DNA of 64,000 nt from an uncultured Gammaproteobacteria bacterium. GTDB taxonomy: Bacteria > Pseudomonadota > Gammaproteobacteria > JAIEPX01. Where the stretch lies: contig CAZMLO010000002.1 of assembly GCA_964567285.1 (NCBI GenBank), positions 140,150-204,149 on the forward strand, written 5' to 3'. Both the position numbers and the translations under genes were made by a program. Shown piece after piece: positions 27,996 to 37,955 of this stretch. Below the pieces are notes generated by a model. It was given only the letters and a program-made list of their open reading frames with translations. It made no database searches and was not told the origin of the DNA. How positions within the stretch are numbered: the stretch's first letter is position 1; each line of letters opens with the position of its first letter.

Positions 27996-29807
27996 TTACT
28001 TTTTAGAATGTGGCGATTTTTTCTTTTTTGGCGCTGACTTCTTTTGCTTAGTGAGTGTGTATTGGATTTTCACGTAGGAACCTGGCGCGTTTTCAAGGGG
28101 GGGGAATTGTTTGGAGCCAGGTTTTCTAGCCTCAACTTTTTTGCCGCTATAGGATTTCAGCCATTTTTCCCAGTGCGGCCACCACGAGCCCTCAAGTTTC
28201 TTGGCATTTTCTAGAAACTCCTCAGGGGTATTATGAGTTTCTGTGTTAATAAAATAGCCGTATTTTTTCTTGGTTGGTGGATTGACTACTCCAACGATAT
28301 GCCCTGAATCCCCAAGTACAAATGTCGTTTTACCTGAATGGAGTGGCAAACCCGCATAAGTCGATTTCCAAGGCGTGAGATGATCCCGAATTGTCGAAAA
28401 AAAATATGCCGGCAATTTGATTGAGTGTAGGTCAATCTTAGTATTATTAATCGATAATTTTTTGGGTTTGATGAGGTCATTGTTAATGACAAAATTTTTC
28501 AGGCAATACCTCATCACTTTTGGTGGTATGTTGGTGTAGTCTGAGTTCCAAAACAAAAGATCATTTTCTCCGGGCGACTGTCCCTGCAGGTAATTTTTTA
28601 TATAGTAAGGCCAGACCAAGTCATTCGGACGTAGAAAATTAAATATCTGATGTAATAGATAGCCATCAAGATATCCTTGTTTTTTCATTATCTTTTCAGT
28701 TTTTTTGATGTAGTCCTCGTCTATAAAGTCAGTGAAAAATCCAAAGTTTTGAAAATCTAGCATAGTGGTTAGATAGGTTACAGATTTAATGGAATCATCA
28801 TTTTTTGCGCTAAGATAGGCTAAAGCACAGGCTACTAGAGTACCACCGATACAATATCCTGCAATATTAATTTTTGGCATCCCTGTTATTTTCTTAATAA
28901 CTTCAATTGCCGCAATCGGTCCATCGAGTACATAATCTGAAATCTCTTTGTTCGAGAAAGAAGCATCCGGGTTAACCCATGATATGCTAAAAACCGTATA
29001 GCCTTTTTTGACCATCCATTCAATCAATGAGCTCTGCGCGTTAAGATCTAAAATATAAAACTTATTAATGATCGCAGAGACAAAAAGTAATGGTGTCTCA
29101 TGTACCGTTTTGGTCTGAGGTTCATATTGAATGAGCTGGATAAGGTCGTTTTGAAAGATAACTTTACCAGGTGTAGTCGCTATATTTTCACCCAAGATAT
29201 AATGTTCGCGGTTAACCATGGGTATCAGCAAGTGATTGGGGTCTTTTGAGAGATCTCGTTCTAAATTTTGTAACCCCTTTATTAGACTATCCCCATGGGT
29301 TAAAATGACTTCTTGCAATAATACGGGATTGGTAAAAAGATAGTTACTCGGTGAAATAGCCCCCATTACCTGCTCTAATAAATAATGTAATTGATTAATC
29401 GCTTTTTTGTTCTTCGCATTTATCCTGGACAAATCAATCGCTTTTTCCGTGTAATTTTCTAATATCAAATGTGATTTCGCTAGAAATTCGAAGAAAGGAT
29501 GTATTGTCCAGAGTTCATTTGAAAACCGCTTATCTTCTATTTTTTCACTTTTTTTTCCTGAGGATGGTGAGATGCTAGTTTGAATAACCTTATTGAATAG
29601 GGAGATATAGTCTTGAAACATTGGCATCATAATTTCTTCAAGAAATTCTTTCCCTATTTTATCACTCACATTGGGTTGATTCATGAACAACGAGAGGTCT
29701 TCGGAGAAAAAATTTTGATCTTGTAGTTTTTTAACAAGCTGCAAAATGTTTCCCGTTAATTCCGAGAAGGGGTCTCTAGAATTAGGCGGGGTGGTTGATC
29801 GGCTCAT
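27996..29807 (-). CDS. phaC: class I poly(3-hydroxyalkanoate) synthase
   Basis: 603 aa alpha/beta hydrolase with the lipase box GYCIGGT, conserved D and H downstream and a PhaC N-terminal domain. It has an unusual Lys-rich tail, KQKKSAPKKKKSPHSKK. Confidence 0.9.
   Translation of the reverse strand: MSRSTTPPNSRDPFSELTGNILQLVKKLQDQNFFSEDLSLFMNQPNVSDKIGKEFLEEIMMPMFQDYISLFNKVIQTSISPSSGKKSEKIEDKRFSNELWTIHPFFEFLAKSHLILENYTEKAIDLSRINAKNKKAINQLHYLLEQVMGAISPSNYLFTNPVLLQEVILTHGDSLIKGLQNLERDLSKDPNHLLIPMVNREHYILGENIATTPGKVIFQNDLIQLIQYEPQTKTVHETPLLFVSAIINKFYILDLNAQSSLIEWMVKKGYTVFSISWVNPDASFSNKEISDYVLDGPIAAIEVIKKITGMPKINIAGYCIGGTLVACALAYLSAKNDDSIKSVTYLTTMLDFQNFGFFTDFIDEDYIKKTEKIMKKQGYLDGYLLHQIFNFLRPNDLVWPYYIKNYLQGQSPGENDLLFWNSDYTNIPPKVMRYCLKNFVINNDLIKPKKLSINNTKIDLHSIKLPAYFFSTIRDHLTPWKSTYAGLPLHSGKTTFVLGDSGHIVGVVNPPTKKKYGYFINTETHNTPEEFLENAKKLEGSWWPHWEKWLKSYSGKKVEARKPGSKQFPPLENAPGSYVKIQYTLTKQKKSAPKKKKSPHSKK
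28097..28104. repeat. G8 homopolymer inside the 3' end of phaC (C8 in mRNA, codons F-P-P-L)
   Basis: Read directly. It is improbable by chance in a 40% GC sequence. Confidence 0.8.
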
Positions 29808-29816
29808 TTTGTTCTT

Positions 29817-30131
29817 TTAGCGCTTATCGCTAGACTTCTGTGTTGGTTCCATAGAGGTGAAATCTTTTAATCCGTTCATGTAGCGTGAGATAATATCTCC
29901 AGATTTTTGCATATAGCTCATTAGCTCTATGCCACTACTGGCAGTAACTTTCAATTGTAACGCCACAAGATCTTCAGGTTTTTTTACATTTTTAATCTCT
30001 GAAAGATAATCTCTCTGAACGATATTATTGATATTACTCAACACCTTGGTGTTTAGCTCTGTCAGTTCTGTAGTACTATCAATGATGTGTTTATTGAATT
30101 TCTTGACTTTATCATCTAATTTCTCGGCCAT
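29817..30131 (-). CDS. phaP: phasin family protein (PHA granule-associated)
   Basis: About 104 aa, amphipathic helical (MAEKLDDKVKKFNKHIIDSTTELTELNTKVLSNINNIVQ...). A GGAAGGGGA RBS is present. It lies between phaC and phaB. The start is taken at the internal Met. Confidence 0.65.
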   Translation of the reverse strand: MAEKLDDKVKKFNKHIIDSTTELTELNTKVLSNINNIVQRDYLSEIKNVKKPEDLVALQLKVTASSGIELMSYMQKSGDIISRYMNGLKDFTSMEPTQKSSDKR

Positions 30132-30214
30132 AACACTCCCCTTCCAGCGTAAATGGTTAATTAATCTCCCATGCAGTAAATGTAGCACAGTTTTGGTATT
30201 AAGCAATTTAATGC

Positions 30215-30961
30215 TTAAATCATATACTGGCCGCCATTAATGGTTAGATTCGAGCCTGTGATGAATCCACTGTTCTCAGATGCCAGAAAACAAACTGCTC
30301 GTGCGATTTCTTCGGGTTTACCAAGTCGTCCAAGAGGAATTTGCGAGACAATTTTCTCAATGACCTCCTCTTTCATTTTCATGACCATAGTTGTAGCGAT
30401 ATAGCCAGGAGAAATGGTATTGACGGTAATTCCTTTATTGGCAACCTCAAGGGCTAAGGCTTTTGTAAATCCATGAATACCTGCTTTTGACGCAGAATAA
30501 TTTGTTTGCCCATATTGTCCCTTTTGACCGTTAATCGATGAGATATTAATAATACGGCCATAACGGCGATTTATCATATTATTAATCACTTGACGGGTAA
30601 TATTGAAAAGGCTATCTAAATTCGTGTGAAGAACAGATTCCCATTGCTTCTGATCCATTTTATAGAATGGCGTATCAGCGGTAATTCCTGCGTTATTAAC
30701 TAAGATATCTATTCTCTGGCCCTTTTCACCCATTGTCTGTATAAGCGCTTCACAGGATTCAAAATCGGTGACATTGACATAATAAATATCAAATTCATAG
30801 CCGTTTTTAAGCTGTTCTGCTTGCCATTGCTTTGCTGATTCATGATCACCCTGACGAAAATAGGTAGCGATAACCTCTGCCCCTTCGTCAAAAAGATGCT
30901 GACAAATTGAAGTGCCAATACCACCTAAACCACCAGTCACTAATGCTATTTTTCCCTTCAT
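30215..30961 (-). CDS. phaB: acetoacetyl-CoA reductase (SDR)
   Basis: MKGKIALVTGGLGGIGTSIC, NAG, and YSASKAG catalytic Tyr/Lys are present. An AGGAG RBS precedes it. Confidence 0.85.
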   Translation of the reverse strand: MKGKIALVTGGLGGIGTSICQHLFDEGAEVIATYFRQGDHESAKQWQAEQLKNGYEFDIYYVNVTDFESCEALIQTMGEKGQRIDILVNNAGITADTPFYKMDQKQWESVLHTNLDSLFNITRQVINNMINRRYGRIINISSINGQKGQYGQTNYSASKAGIHGFTKALALEVANKGITVNTISPGYIATTMVMKMKEEVIEKIVSQIPLGRLGKPEEIARAVCFLASENSGFITGSNLTINGGQYMI

Positions 30962-30974
30962 AAAAACTCCTGCA

Positions 30975-31721
30975 TTATTTATTGGCTAAGTAATCTTCTG
31001 CAACTTCACCATAAGGCAAGGTTAGGTCAGTAATAAAATGCACGGCTGAGATTATTTTTTTAACCGGTAATTCTGCAATCGGCGCTAATGCATGGGGGTG
31101 AAGTTCAAGACTTGATGGTCCTACCCAGGCTCCTTTAACGGTAATATCTTGTAGATAAGTTTTGGTGAGTTGATTTATTTGAGGTTTGCCATCAACCCCA
31201 GGAATATTCTTCAGTAAGAAAATGGGTTTCTGACAAACTTTTAAAATAGCCTCTTTGTCAGCCTCATGGTGTTTATATCCCATGGTAGCCGTAGCGATGC
31301 GCACGCTACCATAATCCAGAGTACCCACCAAAGTGTCTTCTTCTACCGCTAATTTTGGTTTGCCCAGTTTTTTGGGGAATCCCCAAATCTCACGTCCGCC
31401 CGCAATAGGGGGAAAGCAATTGAGGAACATCGCTACGGTAAATGTACCTTCTTCACCTTTATGCCGAACAGGAATGACTTGTCCTGATTCCGTAAAATCA
31501 CCGAAACCCGTCGAATCGGGCATACGTATAAATTCGAATTTCACGTGGGGTGCAACGAGCTCTAAGCCTGGTGGTAGAATCGCTTCCAAGATCGCAGGGT
31601 CAGTTTCATAGGTGATAATAAAAAACTCTCGATTGATAAAACGATAAGCCCCATGTGGATAGCTCATAATCCAGCGTGGGGCTGGCATTTCAAATTCATT
31701 CGTTATGGTATTTTTCGGCAC
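30975..31721 (-). CDS. adc: acetoacetate decarboxylase family protein
   Basis: 248 aa with blocks AMFLNCFPP and [10 protein letters not shown], the length and motifs of the ADC family. Confidence 0.75.
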   Translation of the reverse strand: MPKNTITNEFEMPAPRWIMSYPHGAYRFINREFFIITYETDPAILEAILPPGLELVAPHVKFEFIRMPDSTGFGDFTESGQVIPVRHKGEEGTFTVAMFLNCFPPIAGGREIWGFPKKLGKPKLAVEEDTLVGTLDYGSVRIATATMGYKHHEADKEAILKVCQKPIFLLKNIPGVDGKPQINQLTKTYLQDITVKGAWVGPSSLELHPHALAPIAELPVKKIISAVHFITDLTLPYGEVAEDYLANK

Positions 31722-31875
31722 AGTCCTCTCCTTGGTTGTGTCGGGTATAGTAGAAAGCTAGCTGCCTGAGGAGAGAAAGTCAAATTCTACCTGCTCTCTA
31801 GACCTTTTTAGTGATCAGTGGATTTCAAAAAATTAGACTATAATTCTAAGGAGACGCTAATTAGGAGGGAACGTT

Positions 31876-32658
31876 ATGAAGCTAGCGGATAAAGTAGCTC
31901 TTGTCACAGGAGCTGGTAGTGGAATCGGAAAAGAAATTGCCTTATGTTTTGCTCGCGAGGGCGCAAAAATTGGTGTGGCTGATATTACAGCTGAAACCGC
32001 TAATGCGACCCTAAAAGAAATTAACGATTTGGGTGGAAAAGCCATCAGCATCATCATGGATGTCAGTGATGAAGCTCAAGTAGATGCAGGTGTTGCTCTA
32101 TTAATCAATGAATTTGGATATGTTGATATTTTAATCAGTAATGCAGGTGTACAGCATATTGCTCCCATCGATGAGTTAGCCCTAAAAGATTGGAAAAGAA
32201 TGATGGGGATCCATTTAGATGGAGCCTTTTTAACAACACGTGCTTGTTTGAAAGCAATGTATCAAAAAGACAGGGGCGGTTGTATTATTTATATGGGCTC
32301 TGTTCATTCAAAAGAAGCTTCAAAACTCAAGGCACCCTATGTTACTGCTAAACACGGTCTGATAGGACTCTGCAAAGTTGTGGCAAAAGAAGGTGCAGCA
32401 CATGGAGTTCGAGCGAATGTTATTTGCCCAGGATATGTGCGCACCCCACTCGTTGATAAACAAATTCCAGAACAAGCCAAAACATTAGGGATCAGCGAAG
32501 AAGACGTTGTAAAAAAGGTGATGCTGGCAAATACTGTTGATGGCGAGTTCACAACTGTTCAAGATATCGCAAATTTGGCTTTGTTTTTTGCATCATTCCC
32601 CGATAATGCTCTCACTGGACAATCCTTGATTGCGAGTCATGGCTGGATAATGGAATAG
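31876..32658 (+). CDS. bdhA: D-3-hydroxybutyrate dehydrogenase (SDR)
   Basis: [28 protein letters not shown], and PGYVRTPL are present. A GGAGGG RBS precedes it. Confidence 0.85.
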   Translation: MKLADKVALVTGAGSGIGKEIALCFAREGAKIGVADITAETANATLKEINDLGGKAISIIMDVSDEAQVDAGVALLINEFGYVDILISNAGVQHIAPIDELALKDWKRMMGIHLDGAFLTTRACLKAMYQKDRGGCIIYMGSVHSKEASKLKAPYVTAKHGLIGLCKVVAKEGAAHGVRANVICPGYVRTPLVDKQIPEQAKTLGISEEDVVKKVMLANTVDGEFTTVQDIANLALFFASFPDNALTGQSLIASHGWIME

Positions 32659-32660
32659 CC

Positions 32661-33692
32661 ATGAAAAAAAAGAAAAAAAAAATTAATTTAGGATTACAAG
32701 GCGGCGGAGCACATGGTGCCTTTGCCTGGGGTGTATTAGATTACTTACTAGAAGATGGGCGTTTAGAAATAGACGGCCTCAGTGCTACCAGTGCAGGTTC
32801 TGTCAATGCCGCAGTACTAACCAGTGGCTTGGTCAACAATGATAAAGATGAGGCAAGACAAAAACTACATGAATTCTGGCTAGCCATTAGTCAGAGTCAA
32901 AATGGCAGTATGCTAAGTTCTTCGTACAATTTACATAACTTTTCTGATGAGGCTGCAGAATATAGTTTATCAAATTCGCCTTTTTACAAGATGTTTGATC
33001 TAGTATCCCATGTCATGTCGCCTTATCAATTTAATCCATTTAATATCAACCCATTAAAAGAGATTATAGAAAAGCATGTCGATTTTGATGCCATCAACAA
33101 AAATAAAAAAATAAAGCTTTTTTTATGTGCAACAAATGTTGAAACCTGTAAAGTAAAAATTTTCTCCACACCCGATATCTCTGTTGATACAGTATTGGCA
33201 TCGGCCTGTTTACCCTTTCTGTTCCAAGCGGTAGAGATTAATGGGGAGTATTTCTGGGATGGTGGCTATATCGGTAATCCAGCCATTTTTCCATTGATTT
33301 ATAGCTGTGATTCTACCGATGTTATTATCGTACATATCAATCCGATTTTTCGGCCTGGTGTGCCTAAGACCTCGAGTGAAATTCTTAATCGTATTAATGA
33401 AGTCAGTTTTAATTCCTCATTAATGCGAGAAATGAGAGCCATAGCCTTTGTCTCAAGCTTGATAGACAAGAAAATAATAAAAGAGCATGCCATGAAAAAA
33501 ATGCTAATACACTCTATCCGCTCTGATGAAGATATGACAAAATTTGACGTTTCAAGCAAAATGAACACCGATTGGAAATTCTTAACCTATCTCAGAGATA
33601 GAGGCAGAACCGTGGCTAAGCAATGGATAAAAAAGAATTATGATAAAATAGGCATAGAATCCTCAATTGATATTCGAGGAGAATTTTTATAG
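32661..33692 (+). CDS. patD: patatin-like phospholipase
   Basis: GLQGGGAHGAF (oxyanion), GLSATSAGS (GxSxG) and a catalytic DGG(Y) are present. It begins 2 nt after bdhA. The N-terminus MKKKKKKI is encoded by an A8-G-A10 tract. Confidence 0.85.
   Translation: MKKKKKKINLGLQGGGAHGAFAWGVLDYLLEDGRLEIDGLSATSAGSVNAAVLTSGLVNNDKDEARQKLHEFWLAISQSQNGSMLSSSYNLHNFSDEAAEYSLSNSPFYKMFDLVSHVMSPYQFNPFNINPLKEIIEKHVDFDAINKNKKIKLFLCATNVETCKVKIFSTPDISVDTVLASACLPFLFQAVEINGEYFWDGGYIGNPAIFPLIYSCDSTDVIIVHINPIFRPGVPKTSSEILNRINEVSFNSSLMREMRAIAFVSSLIDKKIIKEHAMKKMLIHSIRSDEDMTKFDVSSKMNTDWKFLTYLRDRGRTVAKQWIKKNYDKIGIESSIDIRGEFL
32664..32682 (+). repeat. homopolymeric A8-G-A10 tract inside the first 7 codons of patD
   Basis: Read directly: ATGAAAAAAAAGAAAAAAAAAATT. 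Confidence 0.8.
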
Positions 33693-33849
33693 AAAAAGCT
33701 CAAATAGTCTGCCAATAAACATAAGACCTCGAGATCGCTTTTTGGATGAATAGTGACAAAATGTCGGTTCACTGAAATTAGAGCCTGTGGACAGTAAAAA
33801 ATACCAAAAAGACATCGGAAATGTCATTCAACTAAATTCATCACCTGAA

Positions 33850-35049
33850 TCAAGTAAGCCATTCACATACATTAATGATGTGACCAAAATAATCTAACTC
33901 AATGACCTCTGTACTTACTTGGTTAGCGTGTATTAATACCGGAATGCAAGAGAATCCATACGGCAGTTTCAAACGACTTATTTTTTCCATCATAGAATTG
34001 ACGACATTGACACCGAGTTGATTTCTGGAAAACTTTATTTCACAAATGTAGAGCGTTTTAAATTTTGTTTGAATAAGGTAATCAATTTGGCAGCCTTTTT
34101 GCTGTGTTGTCTTGGTTTGTAAAAAAGGGCCATCCATCACTATCTCAGCTGGATTTATGCCCAGTGATTGATATATCATTTTGGAATTATTGATGACATA
34201 ATTTTCAAATTGCAAGCCCATATTAGTGTCCCAACCAGCTAAAGATGTGATATCAATACCAATGTATTTACCCTTATTAATTTTGCTTAGACTGGGCTCT
34301 ATGTTTTTCAAATAAAACTTTAGATAGCTATCTCGAAGCCTATATCTAGCATTTTTTTTCATTTCATTGAGCGACTTTAGATCCCAAAGAAAGTTTTGCA
34401 CAACGAATCCTGAACTCATTAACTCTTCCAAATATTCAGTCAGAACGCCACTACGAGAGTAGTTAAGTTTTTTTGCAATCCCCTCATGTGTCATTGGGCC
34501 ATTTACTAACTCCATAACAATTCGTTTCTGAATGTCTTTTCTTCTCTCTTTAAAAAGATCGTTGAAGATATAACCAAATTCTTTTACTAATAAAGCATCT
34601 TTTGTGAAACATAGATTTTGAATGTTTTCACTTGCTGAAAGAGTTGAATTAATTTGCTCTATATACCAAGGGATGCCCCCTGTAATGGATAACAACATCA
34701 ATTTTTCAAATGCAGATCGCTTGAATCCAATATCATTTAATAATTCATTGCATTCTTTAATCGTAAGTTCTTCTAAATTTATTTCTAAAGAAACACGCCC
34801 AAAGTATCCAGTGCTACTTAAAATATTTTCTTCTATCCATGCCGATATTGAGCCACAGATGATAAGTGTTAGTTTCGGATTGTTACTGAAGAACTTTTCC
34901 CATGCATAATGTAGCTTACCTAAAAAGTCAGGATCTTTTGAGCCCATCCAAGTTATTTCATCTAAAACTACAAAGACTTCGCCATGCGATGTTCTCTCGT
35001 TTAGTAATACAAATAGTTCACTCCAATCATCTGTAGTAATTTTTGGCAA
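33850..35049 (-). pseudogene. 5'-truncated ATPase of the Arch_ATPase/DUF234 family (Walker B retained, P-loop missing)
   Basis: The translation begins VFVVLDEITWM (Walker B) with a DUF234-like C-terminus. No GxxxxGK[ST] is present. The reading frame hits a stop 37 codons upstream of the TTG used as start. Confidence 0.5.
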
Positions 35050-35672
35050 CCCAGTCTGTGTGTGTAGTTGAAGTGCAAAGTGATCACGCTGTGATTGTGC
35101 TGTGGTATTCTTGTTCGGCGCTAAACCGATGAAAGAGTAAGTTATATAACCTGTTAAATCTTACTCTATACCACTAAAACATTATATTGAGTAAGATAGA
35201 ATTGAAGAGCCCCCATCACTATCTTCAATAAACCTAATTGTACCGGGGTTATTGCCATATTTAGCATGCTTGCATTCTGGGACAATTTGGAAAAGCGTTG
35301 GATCCTAATTGCCAGGATACGTACCCCCACCGCCCCCTCTTCTTCCTTTCAGTCCAGAACACTCGATAATTTTACCTTTAAACTTCAATTGCCTAAATAC
35401 CAGCCAAATCTACAGAGACTTGCTTTTGCTAAAAGATATACGTGTCTCCATCAAAATCCCCAAAATTGTACTAAACTTAAACTAACGGGGCAATAAGCCT
35501 CGACAGCAGTGAAGGAGCAGCGACGGTCAGGCAAGGAGCATGGGACCAGGTTAATTAGGCGCATTATTCTTATTGGGTAGATCCCAGAGAGTACATGGCT
35601 TCCAGGGCATTAGCTTGGAAGTTACTCACCTACAAAGCACCGCCTTTAGGTGGGGTGAGATGCTCATAAGTA

Positions 35673-37368
35673 TTGATGAGGAGGTTTGCTATGAAATCAT
35701 TAATTAATACTAAATATATTGGGGGGGGTAAGCCATTACTCCCAAGTATCAACCATTTTGAAACCATTAAGCCAGCGTTAGAGGAGAACGCTGAAAACTC
35801 GGGAGTATTATCGTTTGGGCGTGCTTGCTTGCTGGGCTTGCTGTCAGCGGTACTACTCAATATCTCGCTACTCAGTTTTGCAGGTAATGATAATAACAAC
35901 GACCCAAACCAGGCCGGACCTTATAAAATCGGTTACCGGCAAACCAATCTTACGGATACCTCAAGAACAGCGGGCGCAGATGCCGGTGGGCGAGTGCTCG
36001 AAGTGTCGGTTTGGTATCCGATCAGTGATAAGACGGCCAAAGGCGGGATTCCCGTTGTCTATGACCATTCCACAGGTTCAGTGGTAACTTATGGAATACC
36101 TCCCTTACATTTGACGAATCGGCCTACCCGTTTCAACCAGCGGTCGCTTCCCCGTGTTGGGATTGTCTCATGGAGGTGCTTTACAACAAAAAGATTATTC
36201 AGTACTCGCTGAACACCTGGCAAGTCATGGTTATATAGTAGCAGCACCCAGACATTCAGGTAATTCTGGCCCTGATACTCTTACCTACGCTTTGACCGGC
36301 GGATTGACCTGCGGTGCTTTACCCGTTCGCCCTTGCCATGATTCGGGAAACGTTCCAGCCTTAAATAGCCCCCAAGATGTGAGCTTTGCTCTGGATAAGG
36401 TTTTTGATGGGACCCTAGGCTCTGATCTGAAAGCCGCTGCGGATAAACACCGAGTCGGTGTATTTGGTCACTCCTTTGGTGGCTATACATCTTTGATGTT
36501 GGCGGGTGGTTTAGAAAGTGACGAAGGGAGTTTGATGGCGGGTGATCTCGCTGATCCTCGTATTGGAGCCATGGCAGCACTCTCAGGTGTATATGGGGAC
36601 CTTCCAGCATCGTCCGTAGCCCCTGCTATAAAACTGCCAAAACAGAATGCGGAAGCTATCCATATTCCATCAATGATTATGTACGGTGAGTATGAAACAA
36701 ATGTAAGAGGTATAGACCTAGCCGCGAGAGCGCGTGAAATCTTTGATCACCTAAACCCCGAGAAGACGGGCATTCAGTATCGCATTGTGGCTAAGGGCGC
36801 AGTGCACTCGGCTTTTGGAAACTTATGCGATCAGGGGAATCTGGACATTGTGAGGCTAGGAAACGATAATCCGACTGGGATTGATGTTGGAATTTTAGCC
36901 TTACTCTTCACATCGGATTCACGTGTACCTCCTTCTCCACCAACCTTAACAGGTAAAACAGACGGTGGTTTTCAAGCGTATTGCCAAAATAGATTTTTCT
37001 ACGGAACATCAACCTCTGTACAGGGAGTTCCCGGTACCTTTCCATCAAATAGGAACATTTGGGATGCATTAACTCTCCCACTACCTGCACCTCCCGGAAT
37101 AACGCTGGGTAGTTTATTATTGAATAACCCTCCTTTCTCGATCCCTTTGAATAATTTGCCTGGCTTCATTGATCCGGATACCTTCCAGTTTGTGCCTACC
37201 AAGTCGTCTGATGAGATCCAAAACCTCACCAACGGCTACTTGGTTTCATTTTTCAATAGCACGTTGAAAGGTCAGTCTCAATATCAACGCTTTATCAAAG
37301 GCAATGGCAAGGCAGAGGTGGGGGTATGCACCCAAGCTGACGGTCATCGCAAATGTAAAATGCGATAA
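35673..37368 (+). pseudogene. alpha/beta hydrolase (PAF-acetylhydrolase/lipase-like, GHSFGG nucleophile elbow) disrupted by a frameshift near 36115-36150
   Basis: Frame 0 gives ...RVLEVSVWYP...VVTYGIPPLHL. Frame +1 continues ...RFPVLGLSHGGAL...HGYIVAAP...VGVFGHSFGGYTS. Both pieces belong to one hydrolase N-domain. A G8 tract lies at 35723-35730. The GC is about 52% versus about 40% locally. Confidence 0.55.
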
Positions 37369-37598
37369 TGCTAGAATGGAGTCGTGATGTCATAAGCCAC
37401 TTTGCCATCCGAAATATTCGGATGCAAAGTGGCTTCATAAAGACTGGTGCATTGTATCAGTTAAAAAAGAGTTTAAGGAGCAGATCCTGATATAGCACAT
37501 GGCTGCAATATGATGTGAGCAAGTCTTCACAAAGAGCGGAGTCCCCTTTGGGAAAGAGGATTGAAAAAAGGGCATTTGAATTTCCTATCTATATCATA

Positions 37599-37692
37599 TT
37601 ACGCAAAATAGCATTTTTGCCAAATTGCGCATTTTGACAGGGCATGCTAAACTTACGCAAAATAGCATTTTTGCTGTTTTGCGCATTATTGA
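37599..37692. repeat. two tandem copies of a ~54-bp unit (TTACGCAAAATAGCATTTTTGC-N4-TTGCGCATT...) each containing inverted sub-repeats
   Basis: A 22-bp perfect match plus a 9-bp match between the copies. GCAAAAT/ATTTTGC and TGCGCA palindromes lie inside each unit. Confidence 0.6.
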
Positions 37693-37951
37693 GGCACAAG
37701 ATGACAGCCAGAAAATTTATCGGAAGCACAAAACCCTTTATTTATTTGAGATTAAATTTTCAATCAACGAGATCGGATTGGGTATTGTTTCGGAAGTAAA
37801 AGATAAAATCGACAAGCTCAAACTTCCACGAGGCTTTGCTTGCCTACCCGTGTTAATTGTAGCCAATGGGGTAAGCGATAAAGTCATACAAGAAGATTAT
37901 TTCTTTAAAATTGTATATATGTCTGACTTATTAACCATAGACGTCAAATGA
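37625..37951 (+). pseudogene. orphan C-terminal fragment paralogous to the DUF234 ATPase at 33850-35049
   Basis: YRKHKTLYLFEIKFSINEIGLGIVSEVKDKIDKLKLPRGFACLPVLIVANGVSDKVIQEDYF aligns with KFKTLYICEIKFSRNQLGVNVVNSMMEKISRLKLPYGFSCIPVLIHANQVSTEVIELDYF of the neighbouring gene. The first 30 codons are translated from the tandem repeat. Confidence 0.5.
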
Positions 37952-37955
37952 TGGC

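Noticed and set aside
31722-31875. GAGAGA/TCTCT inverted repeat in the adc-bdhA divergent region as a shared operator
   Set aside because: The arms are only 5 of 6 matching with a 27-nt spacer. It is too weak to call.
35266-35899. ORFs 35266-35496 (+) and 35630-35899 (-)
   Set aside because: They have no RBS and low-complexity translations. The second overlaps the N-terminus of the hydrolase gene antisense.
36281-37232. Minus-strand ORFs inside the hydrolase gene
   Set aside because: They are antisense to a region with clear alpha/beta hydrolase motifs. Their Arg/His-rich translations are typical of the antisense of a GC-rich gene.
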